Of a stretch of DNA of 64,000 nt, positions 20,685 to 30,641 are shown piece by piece. Each line of letters starts with the position of its first letter. The stretch's first letter is position 1. The notes under the pieces were generated by a model. The model was given only the letters and a program-made list of their open reading frames with translations. It ran no database searches and was not told the origin of the DNA. The stretch comes from an uncultured Gammaproteobacteria bacterium. GTDB lineage: Bacteria > Pseudomonadota > Gammaproteobacteria > JACCXJ01. The translations under genes and the position numbers were made by a program. The stretch is taken from the NCBI GenBank assembly GCA_963764725.1, contig CAVXTM010000018.1, positions 480,001 to 544,000 on the forward strand, written 5' to 3'.

Positions 20685-20959
20685 ATGTTGTGTACGAGGC
20701 CAAGTCAGGCGGCGATTCTATCGGTATCTTCCCACATGCCGTCCTTTAAATTCACTCTCCACTGCCCGCTGCATCCCGAGACGGAACATATGTTCGACGA
20801 CAAGCTCATCGGCAAGATGAACGTGGCGCGTATATCGTCAATACGGCGCGTGGCAAGATCTGTGACCGTGACGCGGTTGTGCGGGCCCTTGAGAGCGGGC
20901 AGATTTCACACGGGCAGGAAGATTGGCGTTCAGATATTATTTGCGCACCACAATCTGGA

Positions 20960-21207
20960 ATCGTTGGACGGTGCTATTGAGCGTCTGCCTGCCTACGCCC
21001 CGGAGTTGAACCCCGTCGAGTACATCTGGGCGTACCTTAAACAGCATGAACTGCCTCACTTCTGCGCTGAGGATTTCGCGCACCTGACGACTGTGGCGCG
21101 TAGGCGGCTGGCCTCGATGCAGAGGCATACAACGCTCGTTCGTGCATTCTGGAAACAAGCTGAGCTGCCTCTCTGGTAACTTCACTAATTTATGCAAGGC
21201 TCAATAG
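20960..21207 (+). mobile_element. IS630-family 3' remnant
   Basis: RLPAYAPELNPVEYIWAYLK; end ttatgcaaggctcaata. Confidence 0.8.
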
Positions 21208-21790
21208 GAAGAATTCCATGCTGATTTCAGTCTTGTGAATCATAGCCGAGCTGGTAACGTTGTGGCATGCGAGAACTCTTCATCCTCCTTGCTCATCTTT
21301 TCACGACGCTGGTCAAGCTTGCCGGCCGGGTGGAGTTTATGCAGGGGCGGCCGAGGCACTGGCAGTGAAGCATCAACTGCAAGTCATGAATCGGTCTAGT
21401 CGTCGTGCGCCACGATTGACGCCGTGGGATAGGCTGGTATTTGGTCTCTGTGCTTGCTGCATTCCGATAAAGCGGTTTGCGAAGTGCGCGGTCAAACCTT
21501 CAAGCTTCACCCGGTGCCACCGAGCACTGGTGCGGTGCAAATATCGATGGTTGTATTTCTTCTGGAAGACGTGGCCGTGCCGGGCCCAAGGTCCTTCCAA
21601 GGAGGTCATTGCGGTAGTGGTTGAAATGAAACGACGCAATCCTCGCCTCGGCTGTCGGAAGATTGCGGAGCAGATCGCGCATACCTTCGGTATTTGAACT
21701 CGATAAAGATACGGTGCGTCGGATCTTAGCGAAGCACTACCACCCGGACGCCAGGGGGTATCTCCTGGTTGACGGCCATCGGTCATGTCT
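21208..21790 (+). mobile_element. rve-integrase element remnant (family 1)
   Basis: AAEALAVKHQLQVMNRS..RAPRLTPWDR, GPSKEVIAVVVEMKRRNPRLGCRKIA; frameshifted. Confidence 0.75.
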
Positions 21791-21798
21791 CCAACCTC

Positions 21799-22185
21799 TC
21801 AAGCAAATATGATCGCATCGCTGTAGCGGAAGACGGTGCGATCGTGTGTGAGGAGGCGCAACGGTTCGGTAAGCGCCTGGGCGACCAGGATACGGTCGAA
21901 GGGATCGCCGTGGATCGGCGGTAGAGTCTCAACGGCGATCACATGCCCACTGAGTATCGGCAATTCGGCAAAACCTGCGGTGCGGAACAACTCGGCTGCC
22001 CGGCTGCTGGATACGGGCATCTCCCCGCGGCCGAGCTGGTGCTTGATGGCGATTTCCCACAAACTGGCCACGCTCACGAACACCTCGCTATGAGTGTCGA
22101 GGATGAGGCCCCGCGCCCTCTGCGATAACCGGGGGCTGTCCGTGAGCGCCCAGAGTGCGACTTGTGTATCAAGCAGCAGGCGCAT
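21799..22185 (-). CDS. vapC: VapC-family PIN toxin
   Basis: MRLLLDTQVALW, SVASLWEIAIK, HGDPFDRILVAQA. Confidence 0.93.
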   Translation of the reverse strand: MRLLLDTQVALWALTDSPRLSQRARGLILDTHSEVFVSVASLWEIAIKHQLGRGEMPVSSSRAAELFRTAGFAELPILSGHVIAVETLPPIHGDPFDRILVAQALTEPLRLLTHDRTVFRYSDAIIFA

Positions 22186-22432
22186 CGGTGGACAACTGCC
22201 CCGTGAATAGCTTCGCCACCTCCTCATTGCATTGGTCGATGTCGTCGGGGACGATGAACTCCCCCTTAGCAACGCCGATGCGACGGGAGGTGTCGGCGGG
22301 TACAATAGGGAGCACTCGCGCGACTGGCTTACCATTACGAGAGATCACAATCTCGGTCTCCTCGCCCGAGGCGATCTGGTCGATGAGCTTGGACAAATGA
22401 GTTTTTGCCTGGAAAAGGTTTACGGTTTGCAT
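22169..22432 (-). CDS. Phd/YefM-family antitoxin
   Basis: MQTVNLFQAKTHLSKLID...IVISRNGKPVARV. Confidence 0.93.
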   Translation of the reverse strand: MQTVNLFQAKTHLSKLIDQIASGEETEIVISRNGKPVARVLPIVPADTSRRIGVAKGEFIVPDDIDQCNEEVAKLFTGQLSTDAPAA

Positions 22433-22451
22433 GGATGTACCCGATTAGAAC

Positions 22452-22471
22452 AGACTAAACTAGTCTAGTCT
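22452..22471. promoter_or_regulatory. Near-perfect palindrome, putative TA operator
   Basis: agactaaactagtctagtct, 20 bp upstream of the antitoxin start. Confidence 0.6.
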
Positions 22472-22722
22472 ATTGGGGTTGGCAATCACTTTACGGCGAA
22501 AGTGCTATGCAAACCGGTGTGAGCCGAATCAAAAGGTGGTGACGCAGGATTTTCGAAATCTTGGGTCGCAGACCACGCTCTAACGGGGGAGATAAAGCTG
22601 TCTAATAAAAATTGGCGTATCTCGGTAAAACTGGTACTTATCTGCCCTTAAATGGCCTTATTATTAGACAGGCACCTCTTTCTTTTATTATTTTATTCAA
22701 TGAGTTGTGCGATTTTGTCCAG

Positions 22723-22771
22723 GGGACTGAAAATCCCTGTGTCGGCGGTTCAATTCGGTCCCTGGCCACCA
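22723..22771 (+). repeat. 3' half of tRNA-Phe(GAA), att site copy 2
   Basis: One mismatch to copy 1 over 49 bp; no 5' tRNA half. Confidence 0.9.
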
Positions 22772-23177
22772 ATATAATCAATGGCTTGCAGCATTTCTAC
22801 CCCGCTCAAGTTGTCTAATATTTTCGCGTTTTTTCTAATTTGTTAGACAGCAGTTATTTTGGAGCTGACGTAAGCCTCGGTTGTTATGAAGGATTACGTA
22901 CGCAACCAAAAACGAGCAGGGGACGCTGTTCTCGCCGGTTGCTATAGGGGATGCATATCAATATGCAGGACTGACTGCGACCCTCGGTGCAGTCTGAGTC
23001 CAGCGCCGTCGTTAAGGAACCCATCGTTCTTATGTATGACAGCTGGACGGTTGCTATGCGAGGTGCTTGCTCAGGCCGTAGCTTGGCAATGTATGGTTAC
23101 CAGCAATTAGCAATGCTGGGGACTTTGGCTATCATGGGGAAGCTTAAGAGCGGCATTTGATCGAGAGAAGAGAACCC

Positions 23178-24128
23178 ATGAAAGTCATGCACTACATCGC
23201 CTATGGCGATCCGTCGCAACTCCGACGAGGTGATGCACCCGTACCTAAACCGGTCCCCTATGAACTCTTGGTCCGCGCCATGGCCTCTTCGGTCAACCCG
23301 ATCGACTGGAAACTCTATAACGGTAGTCTGCGTTATTTAGTTCCGATGAAATTTCCGGGGGTTCCAGGATTCGACATCGCAGGAGAGGTCGTTGAGGTCG
23401 GACAGCAAGTAACACAGTTCAAACCCGGTGATCGCATCTATGCCTCACTCGACAACAACTCGGGCGGCGCCGCAGCGGAATATGTCGTTGTGGGTGCGGC
23501 GGCGGCAGCATTAATGCCCAATTCTCTCACCTACCAAGAGGCAGCTTTGCTACCCCTCGCAGGACTTACTGCGCTACAGGCCCTGCGTGACGAAGGGCAA
23601 TTGCGGTCAGGCCAACGATGTTTGGTTGTGGGGGCGTCCGGAGGGGTGGGTCACTTAGCGATTCAGATAGCCAAGGAACTGGGAGCTCACGTCACCGGCG
23701 TGTGTAGTACCACCAATGTCGAATTCGTCAAACAGCTCGGTGCCGATTTCGTGATCGACTATCACCAACAATCGGCCTTCCGGAGCGATGGCCGTTTCGA
23801 CGTCTTGCTGGATGCCGTGGGGACGCTCCCCTTCGCGCCTTTCCAAGCAGTGATGAATCCTTCGGCGGTCTACATCACTCTCTTACCGAGTCTTCTTTCG
23901 ATTGCGCGGGCAGTAGGCTTCCGCGTTTTTTCGCGCCAACGAGTGGTGCCCTTATTGATGCGTCCTCGAGCCGATGATTTGCGCTATCTCGGGACACTCG
24001 TTGACGGCGGTCGACTCCGAGCTGTGATTAACAGCACTTATTCCTTGGAGGAGCTGGCCGAGGCACACGGACAGAGTCAGAGGGGCCGTGTGCGCGGAAA
24101 ATTGAGCATCGTCATTCAGCCGACGTAG
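23178..24128 (+). CDS. NAD(P)-dependent MDR-family oxidoreductase (quinone reductase/ADH-like)
   Basis: SVNPIDWK, PGFDIAGEV, LTALQAL, GASGGVG. Confidence 0.93.
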   Translation: MKVMHYIAYGDPSQLRRGDAPVPKPVPYELLVRAMASSVNPIDWKLYNGSLRYLVPMKFPGVPGFDIAGEVVEVGQQVTQFKPGDRIYASLDNNSGGAAAEYVVVGAAAAALMPNSLTYQEAALLPLAGLTALQALRDEGQLRSGQRCLVVGASGGVGHLAIQIAKELGAHVTGVCSTTNVEFVKQLGADFVIDYHQQSAFRSDGRFDVLLDAVGTLPFAPFQAVMNPSAVYITLLPSLLSIARAVGFRVFSRQRVVPLLMRPRADDLRYLGTLVDGGRLRAVINSTYSLEELAEAHGQSQRGRVRGKLSIVIQPT

Positions 24129-24288
24129 TGGACACTGCCACGGTACACTAGTCGACGGTGAGATCACGGGCCATACGGATGGCGGTTTCCACTCCCTGAT
24201 AATACCGCGACCAGGCCATCGCCCAGCAACCTTAGTGTAATACGGTCAACGCCCCCTTCGAGCGAAACCGGAGCGCTCGGCGCCGGCA

Positions 24289-24792
24289 GTGAAAATTCTC
24301 CACCACACGGTCCTCTGTCTCGCGACAAAGCGCATCTGGATTCAGAATCCGTACTTTATCCCTGAACCCGACGCCATCGAAGCATTCGGAAGGGCGATCG
24401 CCAAGGGCGTCGACGTGCGGGTGATGATGCCCTCGACCGGAGGCTCGGATAACCCGATGGTACAACACGCCGGCCATCGCAACTTCGAGAAGCTGCTCCG
24501 GTGCGGCGTGCGCCTGTTCGAGTACCCCGATACGTTGCTGCACCAAAAGGTCATGACCGTGGATGGCGTATGGTGCGCGATCGGTTCGAGCAACTTCGAC
24601 GACCGGTCCTTCGAAACCAACGATGAGATCACGCTCGGGATCGCGGATCCGGCGACGGCCAAGCGGCTGGAAGAGATTTTCGAGAAGTACCTTCCCGGCT
24701 GTACGGAGATCAAGCTCGATGCGTGGCGCAAGCGCGGGCTCACGCATCGGCTGATCGACAACATGTATTACATGATCAACGAGGTGCTTTGA
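24289..24792 (+). pseudogene. Cardiolipin synthase/PLD C-terminal fragment
   Basis: IQNPYFIP, single HQKVMTVD (HKD) motif, IGSSNFDDRS; N-terminal half absent. Confidence 0.8.
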
Positions 24793-25389
24793 GAAGGGGC
24801 CTGGTTAGGAACACTGCGCGCGAATAGCGAATAGAAGGTATAGACGCCTCCCTTTTTTAGATCGAGGCTACCATCATTGATGGATACCTCAAAGTGGTAG
24901 GCTGGACGGCAAACAGGCAGATGAAACACATTCCATGGCAATGGCTCTGAGCCACTCATAGGACTCAATCGTTGCACGTGGAGCCGTATGTTCCGTCCCA
25001 ACGACTAACGATCAGTTCACCGGCACCTTTGGGCGAAAAAAAACTGCTCGGTGGTCCGGTTGATTCGATTGTAGGGTAATCGCCGGGGCACATGGATGCA
25101 GCCGCTTGACGATCCATGGGATAGTTGGACATACCACGACCCCTAGTCGCATACCGGGTAACAGAACCGACGTCTTGAGTGAATGGGTGTTTGCCATACC
25201 GGCTTAAGCGGGATGTGCGGCTGGATTTCCATCCAAGCGCAGCCTCATAGCTCCGAAACCTCATTGAGGAGCCAGAAGCGGCCCGTTCATCCAGATTTGG
25301 ATAGACGGAAGCGTCAGAGGTATTATGTTGTTCGGAAAAGGCTTCCTGGCTACGACCAGACCTATTGCGGGAAGAGATAGATGGAATGA

Positions 25390-25418
25390 TGTTCTGTTCG
25401 CATAACAGTTAGGGCACA
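25390..25418 (+). other. Integron recombination core site at cassette start (attI-like)
   Basis: cataacaGTTAGGGcaca; gttagggcaca is the exact complement of tgtgccctaac at 25725-25735. Confidence 0.6.
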
Positions 25419-25456
25419 CAGAGTGTCGGCCTCAATTGTTTGTAGCGGAGAGCGCG

Positions 25457-25705
25457 TTGAGCACAGGCACGAGCACCGTCAAGGTGATTCAGGTGAAGGT
25501 CAAGCCCAGCGCGCGCATCAGCGTCCTGGAGGAAACAAGCCCCGACGTATGGCTTGCTCAACTCAAGTCACCGCCCATAGACGGAAGGGCCAACGAAGAA
25601 CTCATTGCATTGGTCGCCAAGCACTTCGCCTGCCGAAAGTCCGCCGTTTCCATCAAAAGCGGTGCCTCCGGGCGCATGAAGCTGGTTCGCATCGAAAGCA
25701 GCTGA
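25457..25705 (+). CDS. DUF167 (YggU-like) protein, integron cassette gene
   Basis: VKVKPSAR, PPIDGRANEELIALVAKHF, SGASGRMKLV. Confidence 0.88.
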   Translation: MSTGTSTVKVIQVKVKPSARISVLEETSPDVWLAQLKSPPIDGRANEELIALVAKHFACRKSAVSIKSGASGRMKLVRIESS

Positions 25706-25727
25706 GTCGAAGTGTGCGCGAGAATGT

Positions 25728-25839
25728 GCCCTAACCCTTCCATCGAACGGACACACAACGGTGGGGCACAATGGTGCGCTCCGTCTGGCGCCGTGCCGCC
25801 GTTGTGTGCCGCTCATGTCAAACGTGTCAAACGTTAGCC
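25728..25839 (+). other. attC site
   Basis: GCCCTAAC inverse core; cggacacacaacgg/ccgttgtgtgccg stem; GCTCATGTCAAAC...GTTAGCC core with a 9-bp tandem duplication. Confidence 0.85.
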
Positions 25840-26086
25840 CTCAGACCGAAAACGCGCACCATGTCGGTAGGTTGGCGGGAGTATCAGCAACGGGCTGGGC
25901 CCAGCGTCTGGAGCGGGGTGGGCTGGCCACCTTATTGAATTTCTTTATCGTTCTTTTCATAGAATGTGGATTTTCGTGGTTCCCGCATCCAGGAAGACGG
26001 ACCCGTGAGAGCATTAGTTTGTGGGTTGCATTCTATGAATTCTCAGTAGTTCATCTATCCATCCGATCCAAATTGAGGACATAAAT

Positions 26087-26488
26087 ATGAGCATCGTTTC
26101 AGAATTCAAAGAATTTGCGATGAAGGGGAACATGGTTGACATGGCAGTCGGTATCATAATCGGTACGGCTTTCGGCAAGATCGTCTCAGCCTTGGTAGAT
26201 AAAGTGATCATGCCTCCTATTGGGTTCCTCATTGGCGGGGTGAACTTCAGAGATCTCGCCATCATCCTGCAGGGCGCCGAGGGGGATAAGCCAGCGGTCG
26301 TTGTGGGTTATGGCGAATTCCTCCAGACGGTGTTCGATTTCGCCATCATCGCGTTTGCGATCTTCATGATGGTTAAGGCCCTTAACAAGCTTAAGAAGCA
26401 GGCGCCTCCTCCCGCTGCGCCACCCGAATCGACTAAAGAAGAGAAGCTGCTCACCGAGATCCGCGACATTCTGAAGAGCGCAGGTTAG
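26087..26488 (+). CDS. mscL: Large-conductance mechanosensitive channel
   Basis: [21 protein letters not shown]...LLTEIRDIL. Confidence 0.97.
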   Translation: MSIVSEFKEFAMKGNMVDMAVGIIIGTAFGKIVSALVDKVIMPPIGFLIGGVNFRDLAIILQGAEGDKPAVVVGYGEFLQTVFDFAIIAFAIFMMVKALNKLKKQAPPPAAPPESTKEEKLLTEIRDILKSAG

Positions 26489-26788
26489 GGTAGCGTCGTG
26501 CGGACCCGCATGGGGAGTGTTGTGGGCATTGTGTCTTGGAAAGCTGCTGGCTAGCGTTACCACGGCAACCATCTCAGGTCAAGTTCAACCCCAGCGCCTT
26601 GCAGTAACTGCCGCTGTTCGCGGAAGTTGCGGATCAGCCTGTGTCCGAGCCACTGACGTTTCATCGTGCGGCCCGCCGCACTGGGACGATGACATCAATC
26701 AAACGTCGAAGTACGACCCGACGCGCGAGCAGCCCACCGAAAGCGAGGAACATCAGGCGGTGCCTAAGAAGGCTATCTGGCGTTATGC

Positions 26789-27010
26789 TCAGAACGACAG
26801 GCTCAGGGTGACGCGTACCGAGCGCGGCTCGACCGGATGGAAATGGATGTCGTCCACACCTGCCGCAGGCTCCCCGGAAAGGCGCGAGGCGTAGAAATAC
26901 TCGATATCGCTGTCCTCGGAATCGAGAAGGTTGAAAATCTCGATGCCGAGGCGCAGATCGTCGCGGAGCTTGTAGCCGATGTCGGCATTGAGGAGCGTGG
27001 TGGATGATGA
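26789..27010 (-). pseudogene. TonB-dependent receptor C-terminal fragment
   Basis: LLNADIGYK...IFNLLD...YFYASRL...HFHPVEPRSVRVTLSLSF*, terminal Phe. Confidence 0.75.
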
Positions 27011-27074
27011 CGCACGCTGTCACTCTCGGGAGGCCTTGGCCCGAAATACCGTACACGCAGCCCACCTGCTCAGG

Positions 27075-27282
27075 CAAGACCGTCATGTGCCTGCCTGGTA
27101 CGCTGGTGCATGTGCCCGCTGGCACGGTGCACGGCTTTCACTTCGGTGTCGGTGGCGGCGAGATGCTCGAATTCACCGGTCAGGGCGGCAGTGCCACGCA
27201 GATGTTCACCGCCGTCAACAAGGAAATCCCGCCCGGCCCCCCCGACATTCCCAAGGTGTTGAAGGTACTCAAGCAACGCTAA
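27075..27282 (+). pseudogene. Cupin domain C-terminal fragment
   Basis: PGTLVHVPAGTVHGF motif; no N-terminal cupin motif. Confidence 0.6.
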
Positions 27283-28379
27283 TGCATACGATTAACAGAA
27301 ACCTCATTGTCGTGGTTGCCACAACGGTTATCCTAATCGGATTGCCGCTAGTGGGCGCAGCGGTTGCTGGCCAGCCAGTCTCCGTTTTTTTGGAGTTCCC
27401 ACCGCAAACGCGGCTTGTGGAGCCTGCGGCGTTCTCTTGGCCGGCGTTTGCACTCGTCAGCGCATTGGCCCTCTGCCTTGCGCTTACCTGGGTGCGCTTA
27501 TATCTGCCTTTTTCACGCCCGCATGCACCGCGCGAGCCGCGCTATCCTTTCCCCTGGTGGGGCTGGGCTGCAAGCATATTGCTCATTGTCTGCTGGGTTT
27601 TTGCGTGGAACAGGTTCGAATGGTTCGAGCCTCTGCAACCCCATACGTTCGCTCCGCTTTGGGTCTCCTACATCATCGTCGCGAATGCGCTTAGCTTGCG
27701 GCGCACCGGCAAGTGTCTGCTTACGCACGAGCCGCGGTATCTGATCATGCTGTTTCCTTTAAGCGCTGTGTTTTGGTGGTATTTCGAGTACCTCAACCGC
27801 TTTGTGCAGAATTGGCACTACGTTAATCATGCGGCGACTACGCCGCTCGCCTATATTGGCCACGCGACGCTGGCTTTCTCGACCGTGCTGCCCGCCTTCG
27901 CCAGCACGCTAGAGCTATTGCGGTCGTACCGCACATTGGCCACAACGCGTTTTCGTAAACCCCTGTCCCTCACAAGACCAAAATTCGGGGCAGCAGTGGT
28001 GTTGATCCTTGCCTCAGTGGCCCTGCTTGGAATCGCGGTCCGGCCGGACTACCTATACCCGCTTGTCTGGATAGTCCCCCTGTCGATCCTGGTTTCGCTG
28101 CAGGCACTGCTCGGGACCGCTACCCCATTCGACCGCTTAGCGCTGGGTGCCTGGGAGGTAGTCAGCCTACCGGCGCTCGCGGCGCTAGTCTGCGGCATAT
28201 TGTGGGAGCTGTGGAACTATTACAGCGTTGCTAAGTGGGTTTATTCCATTCCCTATGTCCACATCCTACCGGTGTTCGAGATGCCATTGCTGGGCTATGC
28301 GGGATACCTTCTGTTCGGGCTCGAGTGTGCGGCAATTGCGGCGCTCATTCGTGCGCCTCAGCACTGGCGGCACTTCTAA
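27282..28379 (+). CDS. Conserved multi-pass membrane protein
   Basis: Many TM segments; FWWYFEYLNRFVQNWHY, GILWELWNY, FEMPLLGY. Confidence 0.8.
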   Translation: MHTINRNLIVVVATTVILIGLPLVGAAVAGQPVSVFLEFPPQTRLVEPAAFSWPAFALVSALALCLALTWVRLYLPFSRPHAPREPRYPFPWWGWAASILLIVCWVFAWNRFEWFEPLQPHTFAPLWVSYIIVANALSLRRTGKCLLTHEPRYLIMLFPLSAVFWWYFEYLNRFVQNWHYVNHAATTPLAYIGHATLAFSTVLPAFASTLELLRSYRTLATTRFRKPLSLTRPKFGAAVVLILASVALLGIAVRPDYLYPLVWIVPLSILVSLQALLGTATPFDRLALGAWEVVSLPALAALVCGILWELWNYYSVAKWVYSIPYVHILPVFEMPLLGYAGYLLFGLECAAIAALIRAPQHWRHF

Positions 28380-28815
28380 AGCGCAATGACCAAGGATCTA
28401 ACGATCAATCACAGACATCCACACGCTGGATGTGCCTTTGGCCGTAGCGGTCATCCACTCGAAGAACGACCCTTCGCTTCGCGCTTTCCCATCGCTGAGG
28501 GCACGATCCCGGAACGGACGGCACGCGAAATCAGGCTGTTGTCCTAGGTGTTCATGGATGAGGGATAGTTCGCCTCAACAGAGAGACGCTCCACGTCATC
28601 CCAGCATCGGAACTGCCGTGAGCCGAGGTGATTCAAGTAGCGAGCTCAAGCGAGGGCCCAAGTCTCAACGATGGATGTGGAAACTATAAAACCAGGCCCC
28701 TGATATATCTATGTAAAAGGGGACAAGCATCGGCCGCGGTGAAGTCCCCGTCTGTGGTTTTCTTGGGCAAAAAGGGGAGCCTCCAGGCGGCCTTGAAATA
28801 GATGGCATTGGTTAG

Positions 28816-29580
28816 CCCCGATTTCTCACCGATAACCAAGAAAAAGGCCGTATCTCGTGGCATAATATGTGTGTGATCAGCATGTTATGCACAATGACGA
28901 GGACGGCCTTATGGAAACACAGTGTAATGCAGGGCGGATGGAATTTCACGGTCTTGGAGGTCGGCGGGTGGTAGGGAGGTTTGATGGGGGGAGGATCAGC
29001 TCCGATGGAGGTAGTTTGCTGTTGCGGGAGGTGGAATCGCGGACGCATATTCTGAAGCGCCTGGCGGGGTGTTTCATCGATCACCGGGATCCGGAGTTGA
29101 TCGAGCACTCGGTGGAGTCGCTCATCGAACAGCGGGTGGTTGGGATGGCGCTCGGGTACGAGGATCTGAACGATCACGACACCCTGCGGCACGATGTGTT
29201 ATTGGGGGTGCTCGGTCAGAAGGAAGACCCAAGCGGTGCGGGGAGGCGCCAAGCGGGGGACCGAGGCAAGGCGCTGGCGGGGAAGAGCACGCTCAATCGG
29301 CTGGAGTTGACACCGGAGAAGGCGGATGCGGGGAGCCGCTACAAGAAAATTGTGGCCGATTGGGAGGCGATGGATAAGCTCCTGGTAGAGTTGTTTCTCG
29401 ACTCCTATGGGGTTCCCCCGCAGGAGGTGGTGATCGATGTGGATGCGACCGATGATCCGCTGCACGGGCATCAGGAAGGGCGTTTCTTCCATGGCTATTA
29501 CGGCCACTATTGCTATCTGCCGTTGTATTTCTTCTGCGGGGATAAGTTGCTCGGTGCCCGTTTGCGGGAGGCCGATGAGG
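28816..29580 (+). mobile_element. IS1380-family element, 3' truncated
   Basis: ccccgatttctcac end; FDGGRISSDGG, GYEDLNDH, LAGKSTLNRLE, DVDATDDPLHGHQE. Confidence 0.88.
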
Positions 29581-29990
29581 ACAGGCAAAAAGCTGTAGTC
29601 CTTCTGGCCCCAGAGGTGGTTGGCGCTATGGAGCTGATATTTGAGCTGAGCCGTGCGCCCCTGGCCGGCACCTTGGATTTCCTTCCTAAGATTGCCCCAC
29701 GCAGGGTGCAGCCGATCCTGCTCGAGCGTAAAGTGCAGGGTCGTTGCTATCTGCATTGCCGTCTCACCGCGGGCGCCGGCGTAGGTCATGGCGAGCGCGT
29801 TGGAGATACTGTAGGGCGAGAAAAAAAGGTTGTCCTGCTGGGCTAGGTGACTATACAAGTCGAGGGCAAAGGTGTTGCTGTCCTTGACGACCGTGGCGGC
29901 GTCGGAATCAGGTTCGGTGGGCGGCTGGGCATTAGTCAAGCCGTGGGCGAAAGCCAGGCAGGCGGCCAAGGCGATAGTTAGATGTTTCAT
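29580..29990 (-). pseudogene. Serpin N-terminal fragment
   Basis: Signal peptide, NTFALDLY, NLFFSPYSISNALAMTYAGARGET, SANHLWGQ. Confidence 0.85.
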
Positions 29991-30477
29991 CGTGATTCCT
30001 CAGTGTGTTTTGCGGTGGTTCTGCGAAGCGCGCCCGAGCCGAAGAGCCGCTTCAAAAAAGACGTGGGAACACGGCAAATAGAACATCTTACTAGACCAGT
30101 TGACGCGTACTGAAAATTGGCGTTCCGAAAAATATTGTGGAGGGTTTTCGATGATTTTCACGCGTTAATTGCGATGGAGAACGGCTATAGAAGCCTATTA
30201 GCGTTGGTCCTCGACCCAGCTGCTTAAGCCACAAACGAATATTTGAACAGCAAGCGCGCTTGGCATACGGGCGGTATCCAAAATTAGTGGTCACATTGGA
30301 GCTGAATACTCGGAAATTTTTGCGCATTACACTGACGAGCGAATCCCATGCGATCAGGCTACACCGATTTTTCAGCGACTCGCTAGTGGTTGGCCAAAAA
30401 CCGGAGTAACGCCCGGTCGAAGATTAAATGCGCAGCACAAAATTACGCCTTCGCTTCGTCTCCCCTTACCTTCCTCC

Positions 30478-30506
30478 AAAAAAAGACCCCGCCGGGTGGC
30501 GGGGTC
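30478..30506 (-). terminator. Rho-independent terminator of the csp gene
   Basis: agaccccgcc-gggt-ggcggggtct stem with an A tract (U tract on minus strand). Confidence 0.85.
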
Positions 30507-30537
30507 TCGTGAATCCTGCTCACGCAGTGCTTGATGT

Positions 30538-30641
30538 TTAAGCCGGCTGGACTGTTACCGCCGACGGGCCCTTCGGGCCCTGCTCCACGTCGAAGGTCAC
30601 CTTTTGGCCCTCCGCCAGGGACTTGAAGCCGTTACTCTTAA
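30538..30641 (-). pseudogene. cspA: Cold-shock protein C-terminal half, disrupted by IS5
   Basis: SNGFKSLAEGQKVTFDVEQGPKGPSA; degenerate continuation beyond 31942. Confidence 0.85.

Noticed and set aside
19301-20820. Several long alternative-frame ORFs over the antiporter
   Set aside because: High-GC shadow ORFs with Arg/Pro-rich nonsense composition
26979-27281. N-terminal extension of the 466-aa track ORF
   Set aside because: Overlaps the cupin fragment in another frame; the membrane protein most likely starts at 27282
28869-29990. Long overlapping opposite-strand ORFs (325 aa and 263 aa)
   Set aside because: Read-through across a deletion junction between truncated IS1380 and serpin genes
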